64,000 bases of DNA, from positions 281,516-345,515 of the forward strand of contig CAZYXX010000002.1 of the NCBI GenBank assembly GCA_964651805.1. The letters are read 5' to 3'. The notes under the pieces were generated by a model. It was given only the letters and a program-made list of their open reading frames with translations. It was not told the DNA's origin and made no database searches. The position numbers and the translations under genes are program-made. Shown here in pieces: positions 46,622 through 55,539 of the stretch (position 1 is the stretch's first letter; each line of letters opens with the position of its first letter). Source of the DNA: an uncultured Hyphomicrobium sp. (GTDB taxonomy: Bacteria; Pseudomonadota; Alphaproteobacteria; Rhizobiales; Hyphomicrobiaceae).

Positions 46622-46710
46622 GGCCGTAATCGACGGACCATGAAAATGCGCGGCGCCATCGTCCTCTGGGCCGCGCACACTAGTTTGTTGAAACGCGCGT
46701 TGTACCGTTT

Positions 46711-47205
46711 TTAAGCGCTCTTGGTGATCGTTTCTTTGGCGCGATTGAAGCCGTCGACGAGCTGCTGGACGATAGGCCCCACGGCCCGCTTAATTTCCGT
46801 ATCAGGAAGCGCCTTCGCGAGTGCGGAGAAGCGATCGTCGATGTTCATGCGGCGCAATTCAGATCGCACCGTGTCGCTGATGTCGTCGCTCACGCGAGAC
46901 AGTTCTCTTCGCCATTTGCGATCCGGCGTCCGGTTGCCGGTTCTTCGGTTGCTCAGCACTATAGCAACGAGCGCCGCGGAAGCGGCAATGCCGATCGCAA
47001 CGGGAATGGGGTTCGCTTTGATATACTTTTCGGCCGTAGCGTAAAGATCCTGCGCGCTGTCAGCGACAGCTTCCGCTTTCTCCGACGCTTTGTCTTTGAC
47101 GTTTGCAACGTCCTTCTTCAGCTTGTCGAACAAAGCTTCGAGCGACGCGAGGCGTTCATCGGACGTTGTCGATACTCCAAAGTCCTGAGATTTAATCGGT
47201 TGCAT
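46711..47205 (-). CDS. Hypothetical DUF883-like protein with central TM
   Basis: YIKANPIPVAIGIAASAALVAIVL; has its own EcfG promoter. Confidence 0.7.
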   Translation of the reverse strand: MQPIKSQDFGVSTTSDERLASLEALFDKLKKDVANVKDKASEKAEAVADSAQDLYATAEKYIKANPIPVAIGIAASAALVAIVLSNRRTGNRTPDRKWRRELSRVSDDISDTVRSELRRMNIDDRFSALAKALPDTEIKRAVGPIVQQLVDGFNRAKETITKSA

Positions 47206-47244
47206 AATCGTCCCTAGGTTGGTCTGGATAGAAAGCTAAGTTGC

Positions 47245-47270
47245 AACGCGCGACCGAGCACACGAGTTCC
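47245..47270 (-). promoter_or_regulatory. EcfG promoter for ORF 46711-47205
   Basis: Minus strand GGAAC-N17-CGTT. Confidence 0.8.
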
Positions 47271-47274
47271 GCGC

Positions 47275-47493
47275 CTATTCTTGCCTTTCGCGCAGATGCA
47301 ACGCGTGGGAATGGATGTCGGGATCTACGACCTCGATCACCTCTTGATCCTTCCCGTCGTCGTCCTGAAGGTTTTTGTCGACTTCGCGCAGTTTCTCGTG
47401 AGCGTCGATGATTTGCCATGGCAACGGCTTGATGAGCGCGCAGTCGAACAAGTGCCCGAGCTTTAAGCCGATCCGTTCCATCAAACGGTTCAT
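47275..47493 (-). CDS. Second, stand-alone NepR-like anti-sigma protein
   Basis: RIGLKLGHLFDCALIKPLPWQIIDAHEKL fits the NepR pattern IGxxLxx[YF]DxxxxxPxPxxxxxLLxxL; GGAGAG RBS; acidic tail. Confidence 0.65.
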   Translation of the reverse strand: MNRLMERIGLKLGHLFDCALIKPLPWQIIDAHEKLREVDKNLQDDDGKDQEVIEVVDPDIHSHALHLRERQE

Positions 47494-47531
47494 CGTGGCT
47501 CTCCGTAGTTTCGGAGCAAACTTTGCTTGTT

Positions 47532-47557
47532 AACGTGGCCGACGACCCCATTGTTCC
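47532..47557 (-). promoter_or_regulatory. EcfG promoter for the NepR-like gene
   Basis: Minus strand GGAAC-N17-CGTT. Confidence 0.8.
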
Positions 47558-47584
47558 GTAGTGCGCAACGACGCTCTGCGATGC

Positions 47585-47613
47585 AAAAAAGCCCGAAGCA
47601 TCGCTTCGGGCTT
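47585..47613 (-). terminator. Intrinsic terminator after csbD
   Basis: AAGCCCGAAGC-ATC-GCTTCGGGCTT with an A6 run on plus (U-tract on minus). Confidence 0.85.
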
Positions 47614-47646
47614 CACTAAAAATGCGATCGCGAGAACGTGGATTGG

Positions 47647-47844
47647 TTACATCGCATCCGTCCATCGATCGATTTCGGCCTTCGCCTTGTCCTTTGCGTA
47701 GCCGTAACGCTCCTGAAGAATACCTTCGAGCTGTTCGCGGCTACCGTTGACGCGGGCAATATCGTCGTCAGTCAGGTTGCCCCAGTTCTCTTTGACCTTG
47801 CCGGCGAACTGCTTCCAATTCCCTTCGATGCGATCCCAATTCAT
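47647..47844 (-). CDS. csbD: CsbD family stress protein
   Basis: MNWDRIEGNWKQFAGKVKENWGNLTDDD...LEGILQERYG. Confidence 0.95.
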   Translation of the reverse strand: MNWDRIEGNWKQFAGKVKENWGNLTDDDIARVNGSREQLEGILQERYGYAKDKAKAEIDRWTDAM

Positions 47845-47945
47845 CTTGAACCCTTTCTCTTCAATTTACCGGCGAGATGGCGCACGAGATGTGCGAAAGC
47901 GATACCGGTGAGCGTGATGCGTCCGTGGCGCCGCATGCCTAATAA

Positions 47946-47970
47946 AACGCGCGCGTAGAGTGGGGGTTCC
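47946..47970 (-). promoter_or_regulatory. EcfG promoter for csbD
   Basis: Minus strand GGAAC-N16-CGTT. Confidence 0.8.
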
Positions 47971-48160
47971 AGACAAGTTCTGCGGACAAATGGTTTGAAG
48001 ACGATGATTGGCAAACGCGAATTCAGGCGAGCCTGTTTGTCCGAATTGTTATTGAGGCGCGCGCTGAGTCGTGCCGCTGCGTGCGGCGAGTTCACACGCC
48101 TAAACCCGCACGGCCGGCTCGCTGCGAATAGCCACGACATCCATTTGTTGAGAATTCGGT

Positions 48161-48237
<77 letters not shown>

Positions 48238-48581
48238 TCACCGAAACATGGGCCGTCTGCCGTAAGCGGCGGGGCCTCTAGGAAACGCAAGGCCGCTCGT
48301 CTCCGAGCGGCCCCGTTGAGCGCTCTATAGCACAAATTTGGACCCTGGGAAGCCCACGCGGCCGATTATCCCACTGGCGGTTTCCAGCGCTTTATATGGG
48401 CCCCGAAGCTCCGCTTTCTCGCCATGCTGGGGCGGGTGCCAATATGCGATTGGGCAGGCGTCTTCGACAGTTCGCACATGAAAGCCGCGTCGTCTCGCGT
48501 GGTCGTCAGACGTCGGACGGCCGTGGTGCTTTGCACGGCGGCGTCGTGGCGTTTGAGGCGCCGGCGGGTTAGAAGTGGGCT

Positions 48582-50447
48582 ATGACCTCGCATACCGTCC
48601 TGTCCGTGCCGGCAGCTTCCAATAACCCTCCGGGCGGAAAGCCGTCGGCGCTCGCGGAAGGCTTTGTCCTGCTCGACAACAGCACCGGGCGCGAGACGAC
48701 GTCGCTACTGTTTGAACATCCGTTGCAGATCGTGCGTGCGGATCGACCGGAGCAAGTCGCGACCGCGCTAGACGCGATCACGTCGGGTTTGGCTAAGGGC
48801 CTCCACGCTGCCGGTTTTTTTTCTTACGAGCTGGGCTATGTGGTCGAGCCGCGGCTCTCTGCGCGCCTGCCGGACAATCGCAGGGTGCCGCTGCTCTGGT
48901 TTGGTCTCTACGAACAACCGCGGGCCTTCAAGGGCGAAGAAGTGCAGGCGTGGCTCAACGAGGAAGCGATCGGTAATCCCTCCCTCGGCGCGCTCGCACA
49001 CAGCTGGGACAGTACGGCCTACATTGAACGCTTCAGGGAAGTTCAGAACAAAATTCTGAGCGGCGATATCTATCAGCTCAACCTGACGTTCAAGGCCAAG
49101 TTCAACTTGCAGGGCTCGCCGTTGGCGCTTTATCGCGACCTGCGCTTGAAGCAGCGCGTCGCTTACGCGTGCCTCGTCGATACGGGCGAGGTGACCATCC
49201 TTTCGGCGTCGCCTGAGCTATTTATCGAGCAGCATGATCGCGAGATCTCAACGCGGCCAATGAAAGGCACCGCACCGCGTGCGGGCACGCCCGAGGCCGA
49301 CGCCGAGGTCAAAAAGGCCCTTGCAGCGGACGTGAAAAACCGCGCGGAAAATCTTATGATCGTCGATCTGATGCGCAACGATCTTGGCCGGATCGCAGAA
49401 CTGGGATCGGTTCATGTCAGCGACCTGTTCACGGTCGAAACGTTCAAGACGCTGCATCAGATGACGTCGGGGGTAACGGCAAAGCTGAAGCCAGGCATCG
49501 GCCTTGTCGATATTCTGAGAGCGATCTTTCCGCCGGGGTCGATCACCGGGGCGCCGAAGATTCGCGCGATGGAGCTCATTCGCGATCTCGAAACGGAACC
49601 GCGAGGGGTCTATTGCGGAGCTATCGGCCGGTTCTCGCCAGACGGCCGATCGCAATTCAATGTCGCGATTAGGACGGCGGTCATCGACCGCAATGGCGCT
49701 GGCGAGATGGGTATCGGCTCAGGTGTCGTTGCCGATTCGGATGGCGGGCGGGAATATGCCGAGTGCCTTTTGAAGATGAAGTTCCTGACCGATCCGGTGC
49801 GCCGCTTCGAGCTCATCGAGACGATGCTGCACGAGCCGGGGAAAGGCATCTGGCTGCGCGCACGCCACATTGCCCGGCTTGCGGCATCCGCAGCGTATTT
49901 CGATTTCGCGTTCGATGCCGGCAAGGTGGACGCGGCGATCGAAGCGGTGCTTCTAGGCAAGGAGGGTGAGCGACTGCGCGTCCGCCTGCTGCTCGATGAA
50001 AATGGTCATGTAACCGTGACCACGACACCGCAACCGGCGTCGGATGTTATCATGCGCTATGTCGTGTCGGATACGCGTCTCAACAGTCAGGACCTCTTCC
50101 TCTATCACAAGACGACGCGACGCGAACTGTACGACAGCGAGTGGCAGCACTACTCCGAGACACTTGGCGCCGACGAGGTCATTTATCTAAACGAGCGCGG
50201 TGAGCTTACGGAAGGTAGCCGCACGACGATCTTCGTCGGTACCGGCGATGGTCAATTGTTGACGCCGGCGGTTTCAGCTGGGTTGCTGCCCGGTACGCTG
50301 CGGGCTCAGCTCCTGGCTGAGGGGCGCGCACACGAGGCGACGCTCACGATTGATGACCTCAACCGCGCGCGCGAGGTCTATCTGGGGAATTCGGTCCGAG
50401 GCTTGATGCGTGCGACGCCGCTTGTGCCGCGGTTGCACACAAGCTGA
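48582..50447 (+). CDS. pabB: Aminodeoxychorismate synthase component I fused to ADC lyase-like (aminotransferase class IV) domain
   Basis: GDIYQLNL, SASPELF, RPMKGT, ENLMIVDLMRNDLG, PPGSITGAPKIRAM; C-terminal YHKTTRR, LTEGSRT, GLLPGTLR. Confidence 0.9.
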   Translation: MTSHTVLSVPAASNNPPGGKPSALAEGFVLLDNSTGRETTSLLFEHPLQIVRADRPEQVATALDAITSGLAKGLHAAGFFSYELGYVVEPRLSARLPDNRRVPLLWFGLYEQPRAFKGEEVQAWLNEEAIGNPSLGALAHSWDSTAYIERFREVQNKILSGDIYQLNLTFKAKFNLQGSPLALYRDLRLKQRVAYACLVDTGEVTILSASPELFIEQHDREISTRPMKGTAPRAGTPEADAEVKKALAADVKNRAENLMIVDLMRNDLGRIAELGSVHVSDLFTVETFKTLHQMTSGVTAKLKPGIGLVDILRAIFPPGSITGAPKIRAMELIRDLETEPRGVYCGAIGRFSPDGRSQFNVAIRTAVIDRNGAGEMGIGSGVVADSDGGREYAECLLKMKFLTDPVRRFELIETMLHEPGKGIWLRARHIARLAASAAYFDFAFDAGKVDAAIEAVLLGKEGERLRVRLLLDENGHVTVTTTPQPASDVIMRYVVSDTRLNSQDLFLYHKTTRRELYDSEWQHYSETLGADEVIYLNERGELTEGSRTTIFVGTGDGQLLTPAVSAGLLPGTLRAQLLAEGRAHEATLTIDDLNRAREVYLGNSVRGLMRATPLVPRLHTS

Positions 50448-50459
50448 GACGATAGATGG

Positions 50460-50684
50460 TCAGTGGCTGATCGGCGGCATCTCGGACGCGCTACCCGACG
50501 TCTTGATCAATGGCCCATCAGAAACAGGGCTGAAGATTTTGATGTCTACCCCCGTTTCTTGCTGCTGCGATGCAGCAAGCAATGCGATGGCAGCCGCGAG
50601 CGTCAGCACGACTGCTGTCACGATGGCTTTCGATGAGCGCCGGGCGCGGCGAGCGAATGTGTGCGTCTGTTCGGGCATGGCCAA
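50460..50684 (-). CDS. Small exported/membrane hypothetical protein
   Basis: Basic N-region RRARRSSK followed by a hydrophobic helix. Confidence 0.5.
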   Translation of the reverse strand: MAMPEQTHTFARRARRSSKAIVTAVVLTLAAAIALLAASQQQETGVDIKIFSPVSDGPLIKTSGSASEMPPISH

Positions 50685-50813
50685 TGTTTACGGCGAGCGA
50701 CGACTTCCGACCATAAGCGTGATGCCGCGCGACACGTCGGCACACACGAGAACCAGAACTTTCAGACCCTCAACCGACACGCGATTAAATCAGTCGCTAT
50801 CGCCTGCCGGTTT

Positions 50814-51044
50814 CTAGAGCCACTTAACGAGGCAGCCCAGAACAAGGAGCCCGTAGGAGGTCAAAAGGAAGGCGAGCTCGTTGCCCTTGATGCCAGGAAT
50901 CTCGGCGCCGAAGAACACCACCATCAATGTAACAACTGCCAGGATAATGGACAGCAGGAAGGTAATGATGCCCGGAGCCTTCAGTCCCATACTCCCATCC
51001 TCGCTCTTGATAAATCGTGCGCGCATAAGCGTCCCCCGCTCCAC
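50814..51044 (-). CDS. Small two-TM membrane protein
   Basis: MGLKAPGIITFLLSIIL...YGLLVLGCLVKWL; true start may be the internal Met. Confidence 0.65.
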   Translation of the reverse strand: MERGTLMRARFIKSEDGSMGLKAPGIITFLLSIILAVVTLMVVFFGAEIPGIKGNELAFLLTSYGLLVLGCLVKWL

Positions 51045-51179
51045 GAGTCTGTTAACGAACAGCGGTTGCTTATAGCAGCAGATAAGGATTTTCGCGCAAG
51101 GCTGCCTCCGGCCGTTGTGGAAAGCTGCCGCCGGACTGATGCAGAAAAGCCGATGCGTTGGGCCGTGATGCCGTCGCTA

Positions 51180-53024
51180 TCAAGCCTTCGGCGGTGCGGG
51201 GTGTGGTGCACGGCGGCGAAAGAGCCGCATGAACCACGTCAGCACCACGAAAGCCAAAGCGCCCGAGAAAGCGACTGCGGCAGGGTGGCGGTACCAGAGT
51301 AATAGCGGATTGATTCGCCCCTCCCAGGCCATCACCGCATCCTCGCCGAAGGCCCTGGGCGAGAGGCCGGTTGTGGGCCGCAGCATCATTTCGGCAGCGG
51401 CCGACTGATCAGCGCTGGCAATGATCGCATCGCGCACGCCGGCAGACGACAGGACCTGCATGCGCGCTGGGCTCTCCGCGACGGCCGCTAGAATCCGGTC
51501 GCGGGGGCCCTGCTGCAGGCCCCGCAGATAGCCCGCCAGCGAGGACAACTCGTTCTCAGAGAGTGTTTTGACGAGCGTGGTCAACCTGGAGGGGTCCAGG
51601 CCAAGTAGCGTGTCGCGGGCGGTCGCGGGAATGGTTGCAAGGCGCTGGACGGCGGTTTGGTCGCCCAACGCCAAAACGCGCTCCAACGAGGCGGCACTAA
51701 AGTCGCCGGGACTGGCACGACGGTGAATATCGTATTTCACGATATCGTCGATGCGGTTGCCAGCCAGCGTGTTCCAGTCGAGTGCGGTGGCGACGGAACG
51801 GGTATCGCGCGCGATCGTCATTGCGGCGGGCGGCATGATGTTGACGGCGGTGTTCAAAGTGCCGTCGCTCAGCCGGCGTAGGACGGCCGACTCGCCTTCG
51901 GAGGCCGCCACAAGGCTCACGACCTCGTCCAGCCTCGGCAGTGATGTTGCCGGCACGCCGTCGATGAAGACGCGGAAATCGGCATTCCCTTCTGCGATCC
52001 TTAGAACGAGCGCATGGGCGCGTTTGAAGCCCTGCCAGATTTCCAGCACGTGGTCGGCGGTCGCGGCGGCAATTTCCGTCACGTGATTGTTCATCTGGTC
52101 CGAAAGGGAGGTCGCGATCTCGTCGCGGACCTTCTCTTTGGTGGCCGGCGCCTTCATCTCGGCGGCGATAATCGGCAGCACCCCGTGGCGAAAATCCCAA
52201 ATGTCCTTGGCGATCAACACGAGGCCGACGCCACCGGCGACGACCGTCACGAGCCGCGAAAGTATGCTGCCCACGATGCGCTGGCCGACTCTGGCCGCAA
52301 GATTGCCGAGCTGGCGGCGCATGACGAGCACGGTGGCGCCGGCGATGCCGCCGGTCGATTGCTTGATGACGGCACCGGCGGACGCCTCTCCTACCCCTTT
52401 GTTAGGGTCCACCGTTAGGCCACGCCCGGCGTCACCCGCAAGTGCTTCCGCCATCGCGTTGCCGTAGCGCGGGCCGATAAATGCTTTCAGGCATTCGAGC
52501 AGCGGAGCAGCCGCGTCGCTGCTCGCGACTTCAATCGACTGGCCGACTTCACGCGCGACGCCGGCCGCCAAGTCCTCGATCGCGACCTTGACGGTGTCGG
52601 AACGGTAAACGCGCTCGGCGACGTCGGTCGCAAGCTTCTGGGAGACGGCGCTGTCGGTCAGCGACTTCAGACGCTCGGTCCAGGTCGTCTCCTTCTTGAC
52701 GTCCTCGATTGCGATGTCGACGCGGCTGTCGATGATCTTGTCGAGGTTCGCCCGCCGCCATTGCTCGGCAACGAGCGCGCGATAATCAATCGTCCGAGTA
52801 TTCTTGCGGAGGGACTCGGCCGCGATTGCCTCAATCGCGTTGCGCAACCCAGCGTCGTCTTTGGCCTGGCAGGCCTCGTATGTGCTGCGCGTCATCTCGC
52901 CGGCGGCGAGCGGAGTGATCAAGTCTACGGCGACGTGCGCCGATATTGCCGACACCGCAATGAAATGACGTAGCGAACGCGCCACCAGTAGTTTCCTCGC
53001 CCACTGGCTGAACCCCACCGGCAC
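51180..53024 (-). CDS. Large hypothetical membrane-anchored helical protein
   Basis: 614-aa ORF with signal-like N-terminus, central hydrophobic Gly-rich segment and C-terminal TM. Confidence 0.75.
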   Translation of the reverse strand: MPVGFSQWARKLLVARSLRHFIAVSAISAHVAVDLITPLAAGEMTRSTYEACQAKDDAGLRNAIEAIAAESLRKNTRTIDYRALVAEQWRRANLDKIIDSRVDIAIEDVKKETTWTERLKSLTDSAVSQKLATDVAERVYRSDTVKVAIEDLAAGVAREVGQSIEVASSDAAAPLLECLKAFIGPRYGNAMAEALAGDAGRGLTVDPNKGVGEASAGAVIKQSTGGIAGATVLVMRRQLGNLAARVGQRIVGSILSRLVTVVAGGVGLVLIAKDIWDFRHGVLPIIAAEMKAPATKEKVRDEIATSLSDQMNNHVTEIAAATADHVLEIWQGFKRAHALVLRIAEGNADFRVFIDGVPATSLPRLDEVVSLVAASEGESAVLRRLSDGTLNTAVNIMPPAAMTIARDTRSVATALDWNTLAGNRIDDIVKYDIHRRASPGDFSAASLERVLALGDQTAVQRLATIPATARDTLLGLDPSRLTTLVKTLSENELSSLAGYLRGLQQGPRDRILAAVAESPARMQVLSSAGVRDAIIASADQSAAAEMMLRPTTGLSPRAFGEDAVMAWEGRINPLLLWYRHPAAVAFSGALAFVVLTWFMRLFRRRAPHPAPPKA

Positions 53025-53540
53025 GCCAAGCGATCACATTGTGTTAAATATAGGTCTGAGATTGCGCGATTACAGTGTCCGGATTGCTGTCCCGGGCCGA
53101 CGTTTCGAAGATTCAATCTTTTCGCCCACAACCGTTCGGTCACGTGTCTGCCCAAGTTGAGGATACCCGACTTGGACTGCCGGAGCGTGGCGAGCGCCCT
53201 CAAACAGCCGCCTCAAAACCGCCACTGGGACCGCGGATTTGGTCGCCACGCGCTGGGTCGTTTTGCTGCGATGCAGCGTTACTAAGCCCATGATTCCGAG
53301 GAGAACGCGCCTCCATTGTGCGCTGCGGCAATCGGTCTGAGCTTAACCTAGGAAGCCTCTTATTAGCAAAAGTTCTGGCACTATCAGCGGGTTCGTAATA
53401 AATTTGACAGATACGTCTTAAGTGCGGGACGCCCGTTGATCAGGAAAAGCTTCGGCAGCGCGACAATGTCGCGTTGGCGTTAGTTACGATTGCAGCGTAT
53501 GTCTGTTCGCGTGGTGTAGCAAAGAGTGCGACGTAACGTG

Positions 53541-54437
53541 ATGAAATCAAACAATAAATTTCAGCCTCCGCGCGGCAGTCTATATATTCCCGGTGGTTCG
53601 TCCGGTGTGCTGCTCGTCCACTCTCTCGGTGGTTCACCCCTGGAATTGAAGTTTGTTGCCCAGTCGCTGGCTCGCCAGGGGCTGACAGTTTATTGCCCGG
53701 TCGTGCCTGGCTTGACCTTCGGCACCGACGTCTCGGGCATGTCGACGTGGCGTGACTGGTACAAGGCCGTCGAAACCGCGTTCAACGATCTTCGCAGTGT
53801 TTGCGATACCGTCCTAGTCGGTGGTTCGTCGGCGGGCTCCATCCTGTCGCTGCGCCTTGCCGCCAACCGGCACGACGAGATTTCCGGGCTGTTGCTTTAT
53901 GCGCCTACGCTCGCCGTCAACGGCTGGGCGATTCCGAAGACGATCAAGTTCTTCCATCTTGTCAGCGACAAGTGGACGGCGCGGCTCTTCAAGTTCCGCA
54001 CACCCGCTCCGCACGGCATCAAGGATGAACGGGTTCGCAATTTCGCTCTAGAAGCGATGAAGGGCGACGGCGCGACGCCGGCTGACATCACTGTTCGCGG
54101 CGGCGGCACAGTCTGGGAATTTTTCCGGCTGGTGCGCAACGTTCGGCCGATGCTGTCTAACGTCAGGCATCACACGCTCATTTTCCATCCTAGGGCCGAC
54201 GACCAGAGCGACATCCGCAATACGATGCACTTGCAGCGCAAGCTCGGTGGCATGGTCGAAGTGTGCGTGCTGGACGACAGCTACCACCTTGTCACGCTCG
54301 ACAAGCAGCGCGGTTATGTTGCCGAACGCACGATGGAGTTCGTCGACCGTATCCTGGCGCGCAAGGCGGTTCGCGAAACCGTTCGCACGCCCGCTTCGAA
54401 CTCGTCGAAGCAGCAGCATCTGGGCGCGGCCGAGTAA
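53541..54437 (+). CDS. Alpha/beta hydrolase, carboxylesterase-like
   Basis: LLVHSLGGSP, GGSSAG nucleophile elbow, DDQSD, SYHLVT. Confidence 0.85.
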   Translation: MKSNNKFQPPRGSLYIPGGSSGVLLVHSLGGSPLELKFVAQSLARQGLTVYCPVVPGLTFGTDVSGMSTWRDWYKAVETAFNDLRSVCDTVLVGGSSAGSILSLRLAANRHDEISGLLLYAPTLAVNGWAIPKTIKFFHLVSDKWTARLFKFRTPAPHGIKDERVRNFALEAMKGDGATPADITVRGGGTVWEFFRLVRNVRPMLSNVRHHTLIFHPRADDQSDIRNTMHLQRKLGGMVEVCVLDDSYHLVTLDKQRGYVAERTMEFVDRILARKAVRETVRTPASNSSKQQHLGAAE

Positions 54438-54526
54438 ACGGCCACGTCTCGAACCACCCTCAAGTGACACATTAAGAGTGTTGGCCGGCAACGCCTGCCA
54501 ATAACCGTGCGGCGTGGCGCGGACGG

Positions 54527-55255
54527 CTACTCTGCCGTCTGCCTTGGCTTTGCAGGCTGGGGCGCGGGCGGCTTCGGCTTTACGTCGGCCGCTGCCTTTT
54601 GCTTTGTTGCACCTGAGTTCGCCCAGGGTAGCGCTTCGCCGGAAGCTGCCTTTGTTGTCTGCTTTTTCGCCGCTGGCTGCTTGGCGGACTGTTTGCCTGC
54701 TGCGTCGGCATCTGTCGGCGCAGCCGCGCACGGTTCCAGGCCTTCCTCGGCGCGTGTCCAGATGAAGCTCTTGCCGAGGAACTTGACGCCCTTGTAACCC
54801 GTCACCTGTAACTTATCCGGTGCAACCAAGGTGATCGCGACATCGTAAGCCTTGCCGACTTTGGGATCGTAGATCCACCCGCCGTCGTAGCCGCCTTCTG
54901 GAACGGCAGCGAGTTGGCCGAGGATCGGCAGGCCACAAATCGGGCGGTCGCGATTTTCGGCTTTCGGATTGTTCTTGTCCGTAAGGGGCTCGCCTTGGGC
55001 GTTCAGCGGCTCGCGAAGCCAGACAATGCGGCCGCACAGCTTGTTGCCGCCGCAGATCTCGATCTGGACTGCCCCCTTGCCGGTGTCGTCGTACCAAACA
55101 CCAGCTTCGAGGGGACCGGCGACCGACAGGTCGGCCGCGATTCCAAAGACGCCCGCTGAAAGCATAAGCGCAGCAGCGGACTTGATAATTCGGGTTCTGA
55201 CCCGGCTGCCAGACGATTTATGCATGACAATCAACCGCATGTGACTCGCGAACAT
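54527..55255 (-). CDS. DUF2147 domain exported protein
   Basis: GVWYDDTGKGAVQI..CGRIVWL..DKNNP..RPICG..GWIYDPKVGKAY; P/A/K-rich tail. Confidence 0.88.
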   Translation of the reverse strand: MFASHMRLIVMHKSSGSRVRTRIIKSAAALMLSAGVFGIAADLSVAGPLEAGVWYDDTGKGAVQIEICGGNKLCGRIVWLREPLNAQGEPLTDKNNPKAENRDRPICGLPILGQLAAVPEGGYDGGWIYDPKVGKAYDVAITLVAPDKLQVTGYKGVKFLGKSFIWTRAEEGLEPCAAAPTDADAAGKQSAKQPAAKKQTTKAASGEALPWANSGATKQKAAADVKPKPPAPQPAKPRQTAE

Positions 55256-55539
55256 TCGTCGTCCTATGCCTCGAAAACGGCGAAACCTTGGAGCTCATTG
55301 GTTAAGTGTTAGGAAAGTCGGGTCGAAACTTTTGATGCATTAGTTTTTGATTCTCTGACGCAAATCGAATGCCAACGCGACGCACGCGGCGTGTCGTCCT
55401 GCGGCGGGGGCCAGGGTAGCAGATAGAACGCGAGGGGTTTATATGCTGCGAGTGTTCATTGATGACGATAGCCGGCATGCGCGGTCCGCGCGGTTGCCCG
55501 CGCCCCGGCTCACATCTCCTTAAGAGATAGCTTTACGCC

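Noticed and set aside
53070-53291. 73-aa minus-strand ORF in the 500-bp intergenic region
   Set aside because: Weak RBS, no motif and no promoter evidence; a competing plus-strand ORF of similar size is equally unsupported
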